NCBI GenBank assembly: GCA_035530335.1 | Contig: DATKUZ010000028.1 | Location: 61,842 to 125,841 of the forward strand | Direction of reading: 5' to 3' | DNA: 64,000 nucleotides | Origin: Sulfuriferula sp. | GTDB lineage: Bacteria > Pseudomonadota > Gammaproteobacteria > Burkholderiales > Sulfuriferulaceae | Part shown: positions 31,863 through 42,656 of the stretch, one piece after another | Numbering within the stretch: the first letter of the stretch is position 1 | How the letters are laid out: every line of letters starts with the position of its first letter | Notes under the pieces: generated by a model | What the model was told of the DNA's origin: nothing | The model's input: only the letters and a program-made list of their open reading frames with translations | Databases searched by the model: none | Position numbers and translations under genes: made by a program

Positions 31863-34579
31863 CCCATCTGGGCAAGGAGCATCTGTGCGTCCTCTTGTTG
31901 CGTTGCGTTACCTTCCTGTATTACTTCCTCCAGAATTTCGCGGGCATTTTCCTTGTCACCCATTTCCTGGTAGACGCGTGCCAGATCAAGCTTGGTTGCC
32001 ACTTCCTGGAAGGCTTCATCAGTCTCGCCCGCAGCTTGGCTCATGTCACCGATATCGTTCAGATCCAGACTGATATCCGAAAAATCCAGGGCCGGTGCTG
32101 TATCGGAGGCTGTCATCGGTGCCTCCGTTTCGGGCAGGTCGAAATCAAAATCCAGCCCGGTATCGTCCGCCGGTCCTGATTCAAGCGATGCAGCGGCCGT
32201 GTTGCTGTCCAAATCATGCGCAGCGAAGTCAAGATCCGGGAAACTCAGTTCATCATGGGCAAAAGTGCCTGAGCGTGTATCGTCGTGCGCATCCGGCGCC
32301 AACATCGAATCCAGCTCGTGGAATACGGAATCCTCGTGCGCAGCATGTTTTTCGACCGCATCTGCGATGATGCCTTGCTCTGCACCGGACGTGAAATCCA
32401 GGCCGCTGTCCACCGGAGTATCTGAAGTGTGCTCATCCTGATGCTCAGCTTCTGCAGTGCTTGGCAGGTGTGAAAAATCCAGTGTGGCATCACCTTGAGA
32501 CGCCTCGCTTGCAGCTTGCGCAGGGTCAGCCTCACCCGTATCTGTGCGTCTGCGCGAAGCCAGGGCAACCGTCGCCATGCCTGCTGCTGCAACCACTGCA
32601 GCAGCTGCGCCGTCCGTACCCGCCGGTTGTTGTGCTGCGGCAACCTGGTTGCCTTCGCCAGTGTTGTTATACAGCGGATTATTGGGATCCAGCCTGTGTC
32701 CGAGTTCGGCCGCCTTAGCCCACACTGGTGTCATCTCGCCACCCAGTGCCGCATACAGCTCGGTGGCCACAGATTCAAACGCGGGCAGGTTTTTGCGCGC
32801 TGCGTAAATTTCCAGCAGCTTGAGATGAATTTCGTGCCGCCCCGGATCTTTGGTCAGCGCCTCCTTGAGGATTTCCTCGGCCTGTGCGTCACGTCCGTAG
32901 GCCATGTAAACCTCGGCTTCGGCAATCGGATCCACGTCATGGGTGTCAATTGTGCCCAGGCCCGCCTGACTGAAGTCAGTCAGGAACGAAGTGTTGTTGG
33001 TATTCACCGCGCCGCCACCCTGGGTGCCGTAGACGGTATTGGCCCTGATGTCAGTGCCGGCCATGATGCTGTCTTCAAAATTCGACAGCCCATTGCGCCG
33101 CCGTTTGCCATGCATCATGAACGCGAGCAATGCGAAAAGCAGGGCTGCCAATGCTGCACCGCCTAGATAGATCGGATTGATACTGTCATACCAGTGGCCA
33201 CCTTCATCTGCCGGTGCTGGTGTAGGTGCAACCGGCTTGGGTACCGCAACAGGCTGTACCGGCGGACTTGCAGGCTTGGCGGATGCTGTCGGAGCGGCAG
33301 GCGCTGCTGCCTTGGCGCTCGCGGCTTGCGTGGCATCAGGGGTAGCCTTGGTGGCATTCTTTTGTAACTCTGCCAGCGCTTGGCTCTTGATATCCAGCAG
33401 CCGTTGCATGTCCTGGATACTTTTCTCCAATGCAGCCACACGGTTGTTGGCATCCTGCAAGGCTTTTTGCTTGGCGACAGCATCTTCCTGGAGCGCGTTC
33501 AGTTTATCCTGTGTAGCCGCTGCCAGCTTGGCATCCTTGCCGGCCGCCGACTGTTTGCCGGTGGCAGGAGCTTCGCCTTTAGACAATGTAAGCACGTCCT
33601 TGCCCGCTTGTGTTTGAGCAGCTTTGTCTTCCACCTTCGGCATGATCTTGCCAACTGCCTGCGCGGATTTCTCCGGCATTGCCGTTGACTTGACGACTTC
33701 TCCAGCCAGTTTCTGGCGATAGCTTTGCCAGTCAGCGGATTGCAGCTTGATGTCGCGCGCGGCTTCTGCCGCAGGAATTGCAGCAGCCTGCTCCTTGCTC
33801 GGCAGCTTGAGAATCTTGCCGGTTTTGAGCCGGTTCATATTGTTGCCATCGAACGCCTGGCGATTTTCGCGGAACAAACCAACCAGCATCTGTTCGAGGT
33901 TGACCCCCTCTGGCCTGGTTTGGCCAGCGATGGCGGCCAGCGTGTCACCCCGTTTGACCGGGCCATAAGTTTGCGCAGTGGATTTTTCAGCGTTGTCGGT
34001 AGGGGCAGTCTCGACTGTTTTGGTCGATTTGCGCGTCGCTGTAGCTCCGCCTGCCGTCCTGGATTCCGCCGACGGTTTTGACTCTGCTGCGGATTTTCTG
34101 GGTTTGGCACCCGCATTACCGTTGGCGGTGGCTGGCGTGACCTCCAATGGCGGTACCGCTGTTTGCATCGCAGCTGCGCCTGGTGGATCAAGCAAAACCG
34201 TATATTCGCGTACCATTCGGCCGGTCGCCCAGTCGAGTTCGATCAACATGTCCAGAAAAGGATCGTTGATCGGCTTGCTCGAGGTGATTTTCAACACAGC
34301 GCGGCCATCGGGTTTTTTGTCAACGACAAATTTGAGGCTGTATAACACCGCAACGGGGTCAATTTTGGCTTCGCGGAACGCATCATTACCGGCGAGACGC
34401 GCGGACAGTGCCGCCAGTTCAGCCTTGTCCTCGGCCAGCAATTCAATTTCTGCATTGAGAGGCTGCCCCAGCGCCGACTTGACGGAAAGTTTCCCCAGTC
34501 CCGCTGCATGTCCAGCCAACGGCAGCAGCATCAGCACGCCTGCCGACAGATAACTCGCAATGATCTTTTTTCGCATCAT
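31859..34579 (-). CDS. fimV: FimV/HubP polar landmark protein
   Basis: GLGKL.V.SALGQPL.AEI, LysM (YGPVKRGDTL..IA), TM segment, DPIAEAEVYMAYGR TPR, acidic region, C-terminal TKLDLAR.Y..MGD...AR.ILEEV. Confidence 0.92.
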   Translation of the reverse strand: MMRKKIIASYLSAGVLMLLPLAGHAAGLGKLSVKSALGQPLNAEIELLAEDKAELAALSARLAGNDAFREAKIDPVAVLYSLKFVVDKKPDGRAVLKITSSKPINDPFLDMLIELDWATGRMVREYTVLLDPPGAAAMQTAVPPLEVTPATANGNAGAKPRKSAAESKPSAESRTAGGATATRKSTKTVETAPTDNAEKSTAQTYGPVKRGDTLAAIAGQTRPEGVNLEQMLVGLFRENRQAFDGNNMNRLKTGKILKLPSKEQAAAIPAAEAARDIKLQSADWQSYRQKLAGEVVKSTAMPEKSAQAVGKIMPKVEDKAAQTQAGKDVLTLSKGEAPATGKQSAAGKDAKLAAATQDKLNALQEDAVAKQKALQDANNRVAALEKSIQDMQRLLDIKSQALAELQKNATKATPDATQAASAKAAAPAAPTASAKPASPPVQPVAVPKPVAPTPAPADEGGHWYDSINPIYLGGAALAALLFALLAFMMHGKRRRNGLSNFEDSIMAGTDIRANTVYGTQGGGAVNTNNTSFLTDFSQAGLGTIDTHDVDPIAEAEVYMAYGRDAQAEEILKEALTKDPGRHEIHLKLLEIYAARKNLPAFESVATELYAALGGEMTPVWAKAAELGHRLDPNNPLYNNTGEGNQVAAAQQPAGTDGAAAAVVAAAGMATVALASRRRTDTGEADPAQAASEASQGDATLDFSHLPSTAEAEHQDEHTSDTPVDSGLDFTSGAEQGIIADAVEKHAAHEDSVFHELDSMLAPDAHDDTRSGTFAHDELSFPDLDFAAHDLDSNTAAASLESGPADDTGLDFDFDLPETEAPMTASDTAPALDFSDISLDLNDIGDMSQAAGETDEAFQEVATKLDLARVYQEMGDKENAREILEEVIQEGNATQQEDAQMLLAQMG

Positions 34580-34661
34580 GCCAACCCCTCGATACTGAAG
34601 ACTTTTATCAAGTACTTCATGTAGTTATATTGTGATTTTAAAGCCGATAATATCAATACGC

Positions 34662-35684
34662 TTATTTCAGATATTTTTCAATAAAAATTTCTGCAATATT
34701 GACACAATTCAGGGCGGTACCAGCTCGCACATTGTCTGCAACAATCCACATATCCAAACCGTTTGGATGAGAAATATCCGTGCGAATACGTCCTACCAGC
34801 ACATCATCTTGCGCCGCTGCGTCAAGCGGCGTGGGATAACTGCCATCCTCGTGTTCGTCTATTACGGTCACACCCCGGGTATTCTTTAGTAAATCACGCG
34901 CGGCCGCTGCGTCTATCCTGTTGCGCGTCTCAATATGCAGGGCCTGAGCATGGCCGTAAAACACCGGCACACGCACTGTAGTCGGGTTGATTGCCAGCGT
35001 TTCATCGGCCAGCACGCGACGCGTTTCATTCACTATTTTCATTTCTTCAGCGGTGTAACCATTGTCTGTAAATGCACCGATCTGCGGCAGGAGATTGAAT
35101 GCAATGCGTTTGGGGTAAACCGTATTCTCGGTTTCCGACAGATTAAAAATGGCGCGGGTCTGGTCAGCCAGTTCATTGATCGCCTCTTTACCGCTACCCG
35201 ATACAGACTGGAAAGAAATCACATTGATGCGGCTGATGCCCACCGCGTCGTGAATCGGTTTGAGTGCTTTCAGCAAATACGTGGTTGCAGCATTGGGACT
35301 GGCGATCAGCTTACGCGGAAAATAATCCGCAATGCATTCAGGATTCACCTCTGCCACCACTAGCGGCACCGCTGCATCCATGCGGAACTGCGGGCTGCTG
35401 TCGATCACCACGCAGCCCGCTGCTGCAGCTTTGGCAGCATAATGCACTGCTGCCTCGGCTCCTGCCGCAAACAGCGCAATATTCACCTGGGAAAAATCAA
35501 ACTGCTCTGCATCCTGAATTACGATATCGCGTCCGGCAAAGCTGATTTCCTCCCCTACGGACAGGCTGGGCGAGAGCAAATACAACTTGCCCAATGGGAA
35601 ATCGCGTTCCGACAAATGTTCCAGTATTGCCTCACCGACCAAGCTGGTCGCGCCAAGGATGGCTACATCAACTTTTTTGGACAT
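34662..35684 (-). CDS. Aspartate-semialdehyde dehydrogenase-like (Usg/Asd type 2)
   Basis: VAILGAT.LVG, VID.S..FRM...VPLVV.EVN, SGSG, IAFN.LPQI, VRVPVFYGH, WIVADN.R.G.ALN. Confidence 0.85.
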   Translation of the reverse strand: MSKKVDVAILGATSLVGEAILEHLSERDFPLGKLYLLSPSLSVGEEISFAGRDIVIQDAEQFDFSQVNIALFAAGAEAAVHYAAKAAAAGCVVIDSSPQFRMDAAVPLVVAEVNPECIADYFPRKLIASPNAATTYLLKALKPIHDAVGISRINVISFQSVSGSGKEAINELADQTRAIFNLSETENTVYPKRIAFNLLPQIGAFTDNGYTAEEMKIVNETRRVLADETLAINPTTVRVPVFYGHAQALHIETRNRIDAAAARDLLKNTRGVTVIDEHEDGSYPTPLDAAAQDDVLVGRIRTDISHPNGLDMWIVADNVRAGTALNCVNIAEIFIEKYLK

Positions 35685-36796
35685 CAAGCTTCTACCAGTA
35701 TGCGCAACATGCGCCGCAACGGTTCGGCGGCACCCCACAGTAACTGGTCGCCCACAGTGAAGGCTGACAGGTATTCGCCGCCCATGTAGAGCTTGCGCAT
35801 GCGGCCTACCGGCACGCTAAGCGTGCCAGTCACGGCGGTGGGGGTAAGGTCGGTCATGCTCGCCTGGCGCTGGTTGGGCACGACTTTCACCCAGTCGTTA
35901 TGGGAAGCAACGATGGCTTCTATCTCATCCATCGGCACGTCTTTCTTCAGCTTTACGGTCAACGCCTGGCTATGGCAGCGCATCGCGCCAATGCGCACGC
36001 ACAGGCCGTCTATGGCAATCGCGTCGTCGCTGCGGCCCAGTATCTTGTTGGTCTCGGCACGTGCTTTCCATTCTTCCTTGCTCTGGCCATTGTCCAGATC
36101 CTTATCTATCCAGGGGATCAGACTGCCCGCCAGCGGCACGCCGAAATTGGCGGCAGGGAAGCTGTTGTCGCGCAAGATGCCGGCCACCTCTCGGTCAATT
36201 TCGAGGATGGCGGAAGCCGGGTCGTCCAGCAGATTCTTCGCCACGCGATGCACTTCGCCCATCTGGCTGAGCAATTCGCGCATGTTCTGCGCACCTGCAC
36301 CCGAGGCAGCCTGATAGGTCATCGCGCTGATCCAGTCCACCAGGTCTTCGCGGAACAGTCCTCCCATTGCCATCAGCATCAGCGAGACCGTGCAGTTGCC
36401 GCCGATGAAATCCTTGCCGCCTTTGGCCAGCGCATCCTGGATAACGTGCTTGTTCACCGGGTCGAGGATGATGACGCTGTCTGCTTCCATGCGCAGCGTG
36501 GAGGCGGCGTCGATCCAGTAACCTTTCCAGCCGGCGGCGCGCAGCTTTCCGAAGATTTCGCTGGTGTAATCGCCGCCCTGAGTGGAAATGATGGCGTCCA
36601 TCGCGCGCAGCTCATCCAGATTGCGGGCATCTTTCAATGCGGGAACGTCCTTGCCGATATCGGGGCCTTTGCCGCCCACCTGCGAGGTGGTGAAAAACAC
36701 CGGCTCGATCACGTCGAAATCGCGCTCCTCGCGCATGCGCTGCATCAGCACCGAACCTACCATGCCGCGCCAGCCAACCAGGCCTACTCGCATCAT
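35684..36796 (-). CDS. asd: Aspartate-semialdehyde dehydrogenase
   Basis: [71 protein letters not shown]. Confidence 0.97.
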   Translation of the reverse strand: MMRVGLVGWRGMVGSVLMQRMREERDFDVIEPVFFTTSQVGGKGPDIGKDVPALKDARNLDELRAMDAIISTQGGDYTSEIFGKLRAAGWKGYWIDAASTLRMEADSVIILDPVNKHVIQDALAKGGKDFIGGNCTVSLMLMAMGGLFREDLVDWISAMTYQAASGAGAQNMRELLSQMGEVHRVAKNLLDDPASAILEIDREVAGILRDNSFPAANFGVPLAGSLIPWIDKDLDNGQSKEEWKARAETNKILGRSDDAIAIDGLCVRIGAMRCHSQALTVKLKKDVPMDEIEAIVASHNDWVKVVPNQRQASMTDLTPTAVTGTLSVPVGRMRKLYMGGEYLSAFTVGDQLLWGAAEPLRRMLRILVEA

Positions 36797-36824
36797 TTCT
36801 GTGTCTCCTTTGTTCTTTATTTGG

Positions 36825-37889
36825 TCAAAGCGCGGCTAGCACCGCATCGCCCATGGCCGCGCAACCCACCCTGGTGGTGCCGGGCGTGTAAATATCAGCG
36901 GTGCGCAGCCCCTGGCTGATCACTTTTTTCACCGCGTTTTCAATGCGGTCGGCCATGCCGTCGTGGCCGAAGGTATAGCGCATCATCATCGCGGCAGAAA
37001 GAATCGTGGCGAGCGGATTGGCGATGTCCTTGCCGGCAATGTCCGGCGCCGAACCGTGGATGGGCTCGTACATGCCCTTGCGGTGCTCATCCAGTGAGGC
37101 CGAACCGAGCATGCCGATGGAGCCGGTGAGCATGGAGGCTTCGTCGGAGAGGATGTCGCCGAAGATGTTGCCGGTAAGGATCACGTCGAACTGCTTGGGG
37201 TTGCGCACCAGCTGCATCGCTGCGTTGTCCACGTACATGTGCGACAGCGCCACCTCGGGATATTGTCCGGCGGTCTCGATCACCACTTCGCGCCACAGCT
37301 CGCTGGTTTCCAGCACGTTGGCCTTTTCCACCGAGCACAGTTTCTTGCCGCGCTTCATGGCGATCTGAAAGCCGATGTGCGCCACGCGCCGCACTTCCGA
37401 CTCACTGTAGCGCATGGTGTTGTAACCCTCGCGCTCGCCCGCCTCGTTGACATGAATGCCGCGCGGCTGGCCGAAGTAGAGGTCGCCGGTAAGCTCGCGC
37501 ACGATCATCAGATCCAGCCCCGCCACCACTTCCGGCTTGAGCGTGGACGCGTCGGCCAGCTCCGGATAGAGCGTGGCCGGGCGCAGGTTGGCGAACAGAT
37601 TAAGTTCCTTGCGGATGCGCAGCAGCCCCTGCTCCGGGCGCATCGGGCGCGGCAACGTATCGTACTGATAGCCGCCCACCGCGCCGAGCAGGATCGCATC
37701 GGCTGCACGCGCCAGACTCAACGTGGCTTCCGGTAACGGATCGCCAGCTGCATCGTAACCTGCGCCACCGATAGCGGCGTGTTCCATCTCGATCCTGAAG
37801 CCGTCGCTGTTCAGCGCCTGCAATACTTTCACTGCCTGTGCAGTCACTTCCGGGCCGATGCCGTCACCGGGCAATACTGCGATTTTCAT
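36825..37889 (-). CDS. leuB: 3-isopropylmalate dehydrogenase
   Basis: [47 protein letters not shown]. Confidence 0.97.
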   Translation of the reverse strand: MKIAVLPGDGIGPEVTAQAVKVLQALNSDGFRIEMEHAAIGGAGYDAAGDPLPEATLSLARAADAILLGAVGGYQYDTLPRPMRPEQGLLRIRKELNLFANLRPATLYPELADASTLKPEVVAGLDLMIVRELTGDLYFGQPRGIHVNEAGEREGYNTMRYSESEVRRVAHIGFQIAMKRGKKLCSVEKANVLETSELWREVVIETAGQYPEVALSHMYVDNAAMQLVRNPKQFDVILTGNIFGDILSDEASMLTGSIGMLGSASLDEHRKGMYEPIHGSAPDIAGKDIANPLATILSAAMMMRYTFGHDGMADRIENAVKKVISQGLRTADIYTPGTTRVGCAAMGDAVLAAL

Positions 37890-37920
37890 GAGGATTCTTT
37901 CAATTCAAAATCAGAAAAAA

Positions 37921-38559
37921 CTATACAAACAGCCACGGCGCTTCCAGCTTGCGCCGCTCTTCATAAGCCTTGATCCTGTCCGCCTGTTGCAGGGTCAGAC
38001 CGATGTCGTCGAGGCCGTTGAGCAGGCAATACTTGCGATGCGCGTCCACTTCGAAGCCGAAGGTCTCGCCACCGGGTGTGGTCACGGTCTGCTGTTCCAG
38101 ATCCACATGCAGGGTGTAGCCGGGCGAGGCTTCGGTTTCGCGGAACAGCTGATCGACGATAGCGGCGTCCAGCACGATGGGCAGCAAGCCGTTCTTGAAG
38201 CAGTTGTTATAGAAAATATCCGCGAAGCTGGGGGCGATGAGGGCGCGCAAGCCAAAATCTTCCAGCGCCCAGGGCGCGTGTTCGCGGCTCGATCCGCAGC
38301 CGAAGTTCTCGCGCGCGAGCAGCACCTGCGCGCCCTGATAGCGCGGCTGGTTGAGCACGAAATCCGGATTCTTCGGGCGCTTGCTGGCGTCCTGCCCAGG
38401 CTCGCCGTGGTCGAGATAACGCCACTCGTCGAACAGGTTGGGGCCGAAACCGCTGCGCTTGATGGATTTCAGGTACTGCTTGGGGATGATGGCGTCGGTA
38501 TCCACGTTGGCGCGGTCAAGCGGCACCACCAAACCATTCAGCTGTGTAAATGCGCGCAT
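37921..38559 (-). CDS. leuD: 3-isopropylmalate dehydratase small subunit
   Basis: [50 protein letters not shown]. Confidence 0.97.
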   Translation of the reverse strand: MRAFTQLNGLVVPLDRANVDTDAIIPKQYLKSIKRSGFGPNLFDEWRYLDHGEPGQDASKRPKNPDFVLNQPRYQGAQVLLARENFGCGSSREHAPWALEDFGLRALIAPSFADIFYNNCFKNGLLPIVLDAAIVDQLFRETEASPGYTLHVDLEQQTVTTPGGETFGFEVDAHRKYCLLNGLDDIGLTLQQADRIKAYEERRKLEAPWLFV

Positions 38560-38687
38560 TATTTTTCCGATTTTTTCTGAATGGAGTCGCCGACTTTTTC
38601 CAGATCCTGGCCGAAGCCATGCACGGTATTGCAGGCAGAGAGACCGAGAACGGAAAACGGGGTGGAGATGAGAGCAAGGATGCGCAT
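38559..38687 (-). CDS. Entericidin A/B family small lipoprotein (42 aa, not in the ORF track)
   Basis: Manual translation gives [42 protein letters not shown], with lipobox LSAC and the CNT..G.G.D motif. Its stop overlaps the leuD start. Confidence 0.85.
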   Translation of the reverse strand: MRILALISTPFSVLGLSACNTVHGFGQDLEKVGDSIQKKSEK

Positions 38688-38691
38688 GATT

Positions 38692-40110
38692 TCACTCCTT
38701 TTCAAATTTAAAATTACGGACATCGACAAAGTGTCCCGCCACGGCGGCGGCGGCAGCCATGGCCGGACTCACCAAATGGGTGCGCCCGCCCTGCCCTTGA
38801 CGGCCTTCGAAATTGCGGTTGGAGGTGGAGGCGCAGCGCTCGCCCGGTTCCAGCCGGTCGGCATTCATCGCCAGACACATCGAGCAGCCCGGGTCGCGCC
38901 ATTCAAAACCGGCTTCGATAAAGACCTTGTCCAGGCCTTCCTGTTCCGCCTGCTGCTTGACCAGGCCGGACCCGGGCACCACCATCGCCAGCTTCACACT
39001 GGCGGCTTTTTGCCGGCCTTTCACCACCGCGGCGGCGGCGCGCAGGTCTTCGATGCGGGAATTGGTGCAAGAGCCGATGAACACCTTGTCCACGGCGATT
39101 TCCTCGATCGGCGTATTGGCTGTGAGCCCCATATAGGCCAATGCACGCTCCCAGTCGTTGCGTTTGACTGCGGAGGACGCATCGGCCGGGTCAGGCACGC
39201 GCCCATCCACGCTGGTCACCATCTCCGGCGAAGTGCCCCAGGTTACTTGGGGGACGATGGTAGCGGCGTCCAGTTGCACTTCCTGGTCAAACACCGCTTC
39301 CGCATCCGATACCAGCGTGCGCCACCAGCTCACGGCCTGATCCCACTGCTTACCCGTGGGTGCGTAGGGGCGCCCTTTCACATAGGCTATGGTCTTGTCG
39401 TCAACCGCCACCATGCCGGCGCGCGCACCCGCCTCGATAGCCATGTTGCACAAGGTCATGCGCCCTTCCATGGACAGCCCGCGAATTGCTGAACCGGCAA
39501 ACTCGATGGCGTAGCCGCTACCGCCGGCAGTGCCGATTTTGCCGATAATGGCGAGCGCCACATCCTTGGCGGTCACACCGTACCCCAGCCCGCCTTCCAC
39601 ATTGACGCGCATGGCCATGGATTTTTTGGTGACCAGGCATTGCGTGGCAAGCACGTGTTCCACTTCAGATGTTCCGATACCAAACGCCAGCGCACCGAAC
39701 GCCCCGTGGGTGCTGGTGTGGGAATCGCCGCATACCACGGTCATGCCGGGCAGGGTGAGCCCTTCTTCCGGCCCGATCACATGCACGATGCCCTGACGCA
39801 CATCATTCATTTTGAATTCGACAATGCCGAAATCGGCGCAATTCTGATCCAGCGTTTCCACCTGCAGACGCGAAATCGGATCCGCAATCCCGCCGGCGCG
39901 GTTGGTGGTAGGTACGTTGTGGTCGGGCACCGCCACTGCCGCCGCAGGTCGCCGGGGTTGGCGTCCAGCCAGACGCAGGCCCTCGAATGCCTGCGGGCTG
40001 GTTACCTCGTGCACCAAATGACGGTCGATATAGAGCAGCGTGGCGCCGTCCGGCTCCTCGTGAACCAGATGGGACTGCCAAAGTTTGTCGTAAAGGGTTT
40101 GCGCGCTCAT
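38692..40110 (-). CDS. leuC: 3-isopropylmalate dehydratase large subunit
   Basis: [49 protein letters not shown]. Confidence 0.98.
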   Translation of the reverse strand: MSAQTLYDKLWQSHLVHEEPDGATLLYIDRHLVHEVTSPQAFEGLRLAGRQPRRPAAAVAVPDHNVPTTNRAGGIADPISRLQVETLDQNCADFGIVEFKMNDVRQGIVHVIGPEEGLTLPGMTVVCGDSHTSTHGAFGALAFGIGTSEVEHVLATQCLVTKKSMAMRVNVEGGLGYGVTAKDVALAIIGKIGTAGGSGYAIEFAGSAIRGLSMEGRMTLCNMAIEAGARAGMVAVDDKTIAYVKGRPYAPTGKQWDQAVSWWRTLVSDAEAVFDQEVQLDAATIVPQVTWGTSPEMVTSVDGRVPDPADASSAVKRNDWERALAYMGLTANTPIEEIAVDKVFIGSCTNSRIEDLRAAAAVVKGRQKAASVKLAMVVPGSGLVKQQAEQEGLDKVFIEAGFEWRDPGCSMCLAMNADRLEPGERCASTSNRNFEGRQGQGGRTHLVSPAMAAAAAVAGHFVDVRNFKFEKE

Positions 40111-40173
40111 GAATGCAGCCACTCAATAGTTGAACCGAAAATTATACACAGGCTGTCGCAACCATGCACTGAA

Positions 40174-41319
40174 TCAGGCCTCCATTGCCTTGAGTTTCCA
40201 TGCCACCAGCACAAATCCCAGCAGGGCAAATCCCGCCGCGATGCTAAAAGTCCAGTGTGCGCCCAGCCTGTCCCAGATTGCCCCAGCGTAGAGGCCGCCC
40301 AGCGTACCGCCCGCGCCGAACGCCATGCTGTTGTAGATGCCCTGCCCGCGCGCCTGATGCCTGCCGCGGAAATAACGGTGAATCAGCGCCACCGCAGACG
40401 CGTGGAAAGCGCCGAAAGTCGCCGCGTGCAGCACCTGGGCAAAAATCACCCAGGCCGGGTAATCCACCCTCCAGGCAATGATGAGGAAGCGCAGCACCGC
40501 GATGGCAAAAGTCGCCAACAGAATGCGCGCCATGGACACCCCCGGCAACAGACGCGGCAGCCACATAAATACAGCGATTTCGCAGATCACCCCCAACGCC
40601 CACAGCCAGCCCACCGCGCTTTTGCTATAGCCATGGTCCACCAGATAAATGGAATAGAAAGTGTAATACGGCCCATGCGCTACTGCCATCAGGAAGCACG
40701 CCACGATCAGCGCCATGACTTCGGGGCGGCGCACGATATGCCACACCGGCAGGTGATCGGCCACATGCACTTCGATCACTGCCTCCGGGATATGTCGTGC
40801 CAGCAGCGCAATGCCGGCCATGAAGCCCAGCACCGCCCAAGGCAAATCGCCGATTGGCCGCACGTCGAACCAGTAACCCAGCCCCAGCACCGCCACGATA
40901 AACCCCACCGAACCCCATAAGCGGATGCGCCCGTAGCGGTGGCTATGCTCGCCCAGGTGCGACAGCGTGGTGGCCTCCACCAGCGGCAGCGACGCGCTCC
41001 AGAAGAAACTCATGCTCGCCATCACCGCAAACAGCCAGGCAAAGCTGCTGCCAAAAAATACGCCGAGATAGCACAACAGACTCCCCAATGCCGCGATCTG
41101 CACGATCATCACGCGCTTGCCGCTGCGATCTGCCATCCAGCCCCAGATATTCGGCGCGAAAATCCGCATTACCTGCAACAGCGACATCAGCACACCGATC
41201 TGGAATGCACTGAACGTCAGCGACTCTAGGTAAAGCGCCCAGAACGGCGATATCGCCCCGACAAAGGCGAAATAGAAAAAATAGAAACCCGACAGGCGCC
41301 AGTAGGGGAGATTTTGCAT
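40174..41319 (-). CDS. MFS transporter (MFS_1-like)
   Basis: About 12 TM segments; FYFFYFA, WG..AD, YG.IRLWGS.GF, LHAATFG.FH, RGQG.Y. Confidence 0.88.
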   Translation of the reverse strand: MQNLPYWRLSGFYFFYFAFVGAISPFWALYLESLTFSAFQIGVLMSLLQVMRIFAPNIWGWMADRSGKRVMIVQIAALGSLLCYLGVFFGSSFAWLFAVMASMSFFWSASLPLVEATTLSHLGEHSHRYGRIRLWGSVGFIVAVLGLGYWFDVRPIGDLPWAVLGFMAGIALLARHIPEAVIEVHVADHLPVWHIVRRPEVMALIVACFLMAVAHGPYYTFYSIYLVDHGYSKSAVGWLWALGVICEIAVFMWLPRLLPGVSMARILLATFAIAVLRFLIIAWRVDYPAWVIFAQVLHAATFGAFHASAVALIHRYFRGRHQARGQGIYNSMAFGAGGTLGGLYAGAIWDRLGAHWTFSIAAGFALLGFVLVAWKLKAMEA

Positions 41320-41523
41320 CAGGAATTCAAAGGTGAAAAAAACCGGTAAAAGCTGCTTTGTTGCGCCTAGCGATGGATGAACAATCAATCAGCCCTGATA
41401 CAGCGAATTTTCCACAGCTTCATCATGTTTCGACAAGACGAGCATCAGCTTAGACCCAACACGCTGTTGGGATCCAGGCCAGATCAAGCCATCCTGATTT
41501 CGTTCGTGATCAAAAACCTTGAA

Positions 41524-41566
41524 TGTGCGACAGCGTACAGACCGCAGTCCGCTTAACTCCTAATCT
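41524..41566 (+). promoter_or_regulatory. Palindrome TGTGCG-ACAG-CGTACA plus -10 TAATCT (copy A)
   Basis: 16-bp dyad at 41524-41539, then 21 nt to TAATCT at 41561. Confidence 0.7.
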
Positions 41567-41590
41567 GAAGCCTCGATTAAAGGAGATTTC

Positions 41591-42049
41591 ATGAAAACAG
41601 TCCACAAAGCATTAGCGGTTGCAGGGATGGCAACCATGTTGCTGGGAGGTTGCGCCAATAGCAATCCATATCCTGACAATCAATCCGGTAATTCTACGCG
41701 TTACAGCAGCGCCTATGGGATTGTTGATTCCATCAACGCAGTGCAGACGGACAGCAATGGCAGCCCGATAGGCATCGGTACCGTCATCGGTGGTGTCGTT
41801 GGCGGCGTATTGGGCAATCAGGTTGGGGGCGGTACCGGCAGAACCGTCGCAACGGCGGCAGGCGCAGTCGGTGGCGCCGTTGTCGGCCACGAGATCGAAA
41901 AGAACCAGAACAATTCGAATTCCAATGCCTATCGTATCGGCGTCCGTCTTGATAACGGCGGCTATGAAAGCTTCACGCAAGACGATATTGGCGATATGCG
42001 CGTAGGCGACCGGGTGCGTATCGACAATGGCCGCGTCACCCGCTATTGA
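41591..42049 (+). CDS. Glycine-zipper 2TM outer-membrane lipoprotein (SlyB/Pcp-like)
   Basis: Lipobox LGGC; G.VIGGVVGGVLGNQVGGG.G...AT.AGAVGGA.VG.EIEK; VGDRV. Confidence 0.88.
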   Translation: MKTVHKALAVAGMATMLLGGCANSNPYPDNQSGNSTRYSSAYGIVDSINAVQTDSNGSPIGIGTVIGGVVGGVLGNQVGGGTGRTVATAAGAVGGAVVGHEIEKNQNNSNSNAYRIGVRLDNGGYESFTQDDIGDMRVGDRVRIDNGRVTRY

Positions 42050-42142
42050 AGCCGCATTGACTTGTCCTTGCATTCATTAAGGCGAGGGCAACAATCCTCG
42101 ATGGGCAATCCCGCCTTTCGAATCAACTGCAAAGGAGAAAAT

Positions 42143-42358
42143 ATGAACTGGGACATCGTTCAAGGAAACTGGAAACAATTCAAAGGTAATGTTAAGCAAC
42201 AATGGGGCAAGCTTACTGATGATCATCTGGATCAAATCGCTGGCAAACGTGACCAGTTGGCCGGCAAGATTCAGGAAGCTTATGGCGTAAGCAAGGATGA
42301 AGCTGAAAAGCAGATCAAGGAATTTGAGGAGCGTAACAAAGATTTCCGTGCACCTTGA
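42143..42358 (+). CDS. CsbD/YjbJ family stress protein
   Basis: MNWDIVQGNWKQFKG.VKQQWGKLTDD.LDQI.GKRDQL.GKIQE.YG. RBS AAGGAG. Confidence 0.92.
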   Translation: MNWDIVQGNWKQFKGNVKQQWGKLTDDHLDQIAGKRDQLAGKIQEAYGVSKDEAEKQIKEFEERNKDFRAP

Positions 42359-42445
42359 AGCGTGCTGGATACAGCATTCATCACCCGTTCATCACCCGGT
42401 TCGGACTTGAAGTCTGAACCAGGCAAATATCCAAGGAGTGAAATC

Positions 42446-42631
42446 ATGGGATTTGATCAAAAAGGATCCACAGTTTTTTGTGTGAAACATGGTAAATCCG
42501 GGCAATGGGAAGTAAGCGAAGAAGGTTTTGACAAGCCGCTGGCATCCTTCGACAGCCCGGAAGATGCCAAGAAGTATGCCAACGACCTGGCCAAGACCCA
42601 GGAAGATTTAAACGTCAAAGTAATTGATTAA
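42446..42631 (+). CDS. Small hypothetical protein (DUF2188-like)
   Basis: RBS AAGGAG before ATG 42446. Pattern V.H...G.W.V..EG......F.....A...A..LA. Confidence 0.6.
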   Translation: MGFDQKGSTVFCVKHGKSGQWEVSEEGFDKPLASFDSPEDAKKYANDLAKTQEDLNVKVID

Positions 42632-42656
42632 CCCACTTATTCATAAAGGAAAAATC

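Noticed and set aside
40111-40173. Leucine attenuator upstream of leuC
   Set aside because: No Leu-rich leader peptide or terminator in the 63-nt gap.
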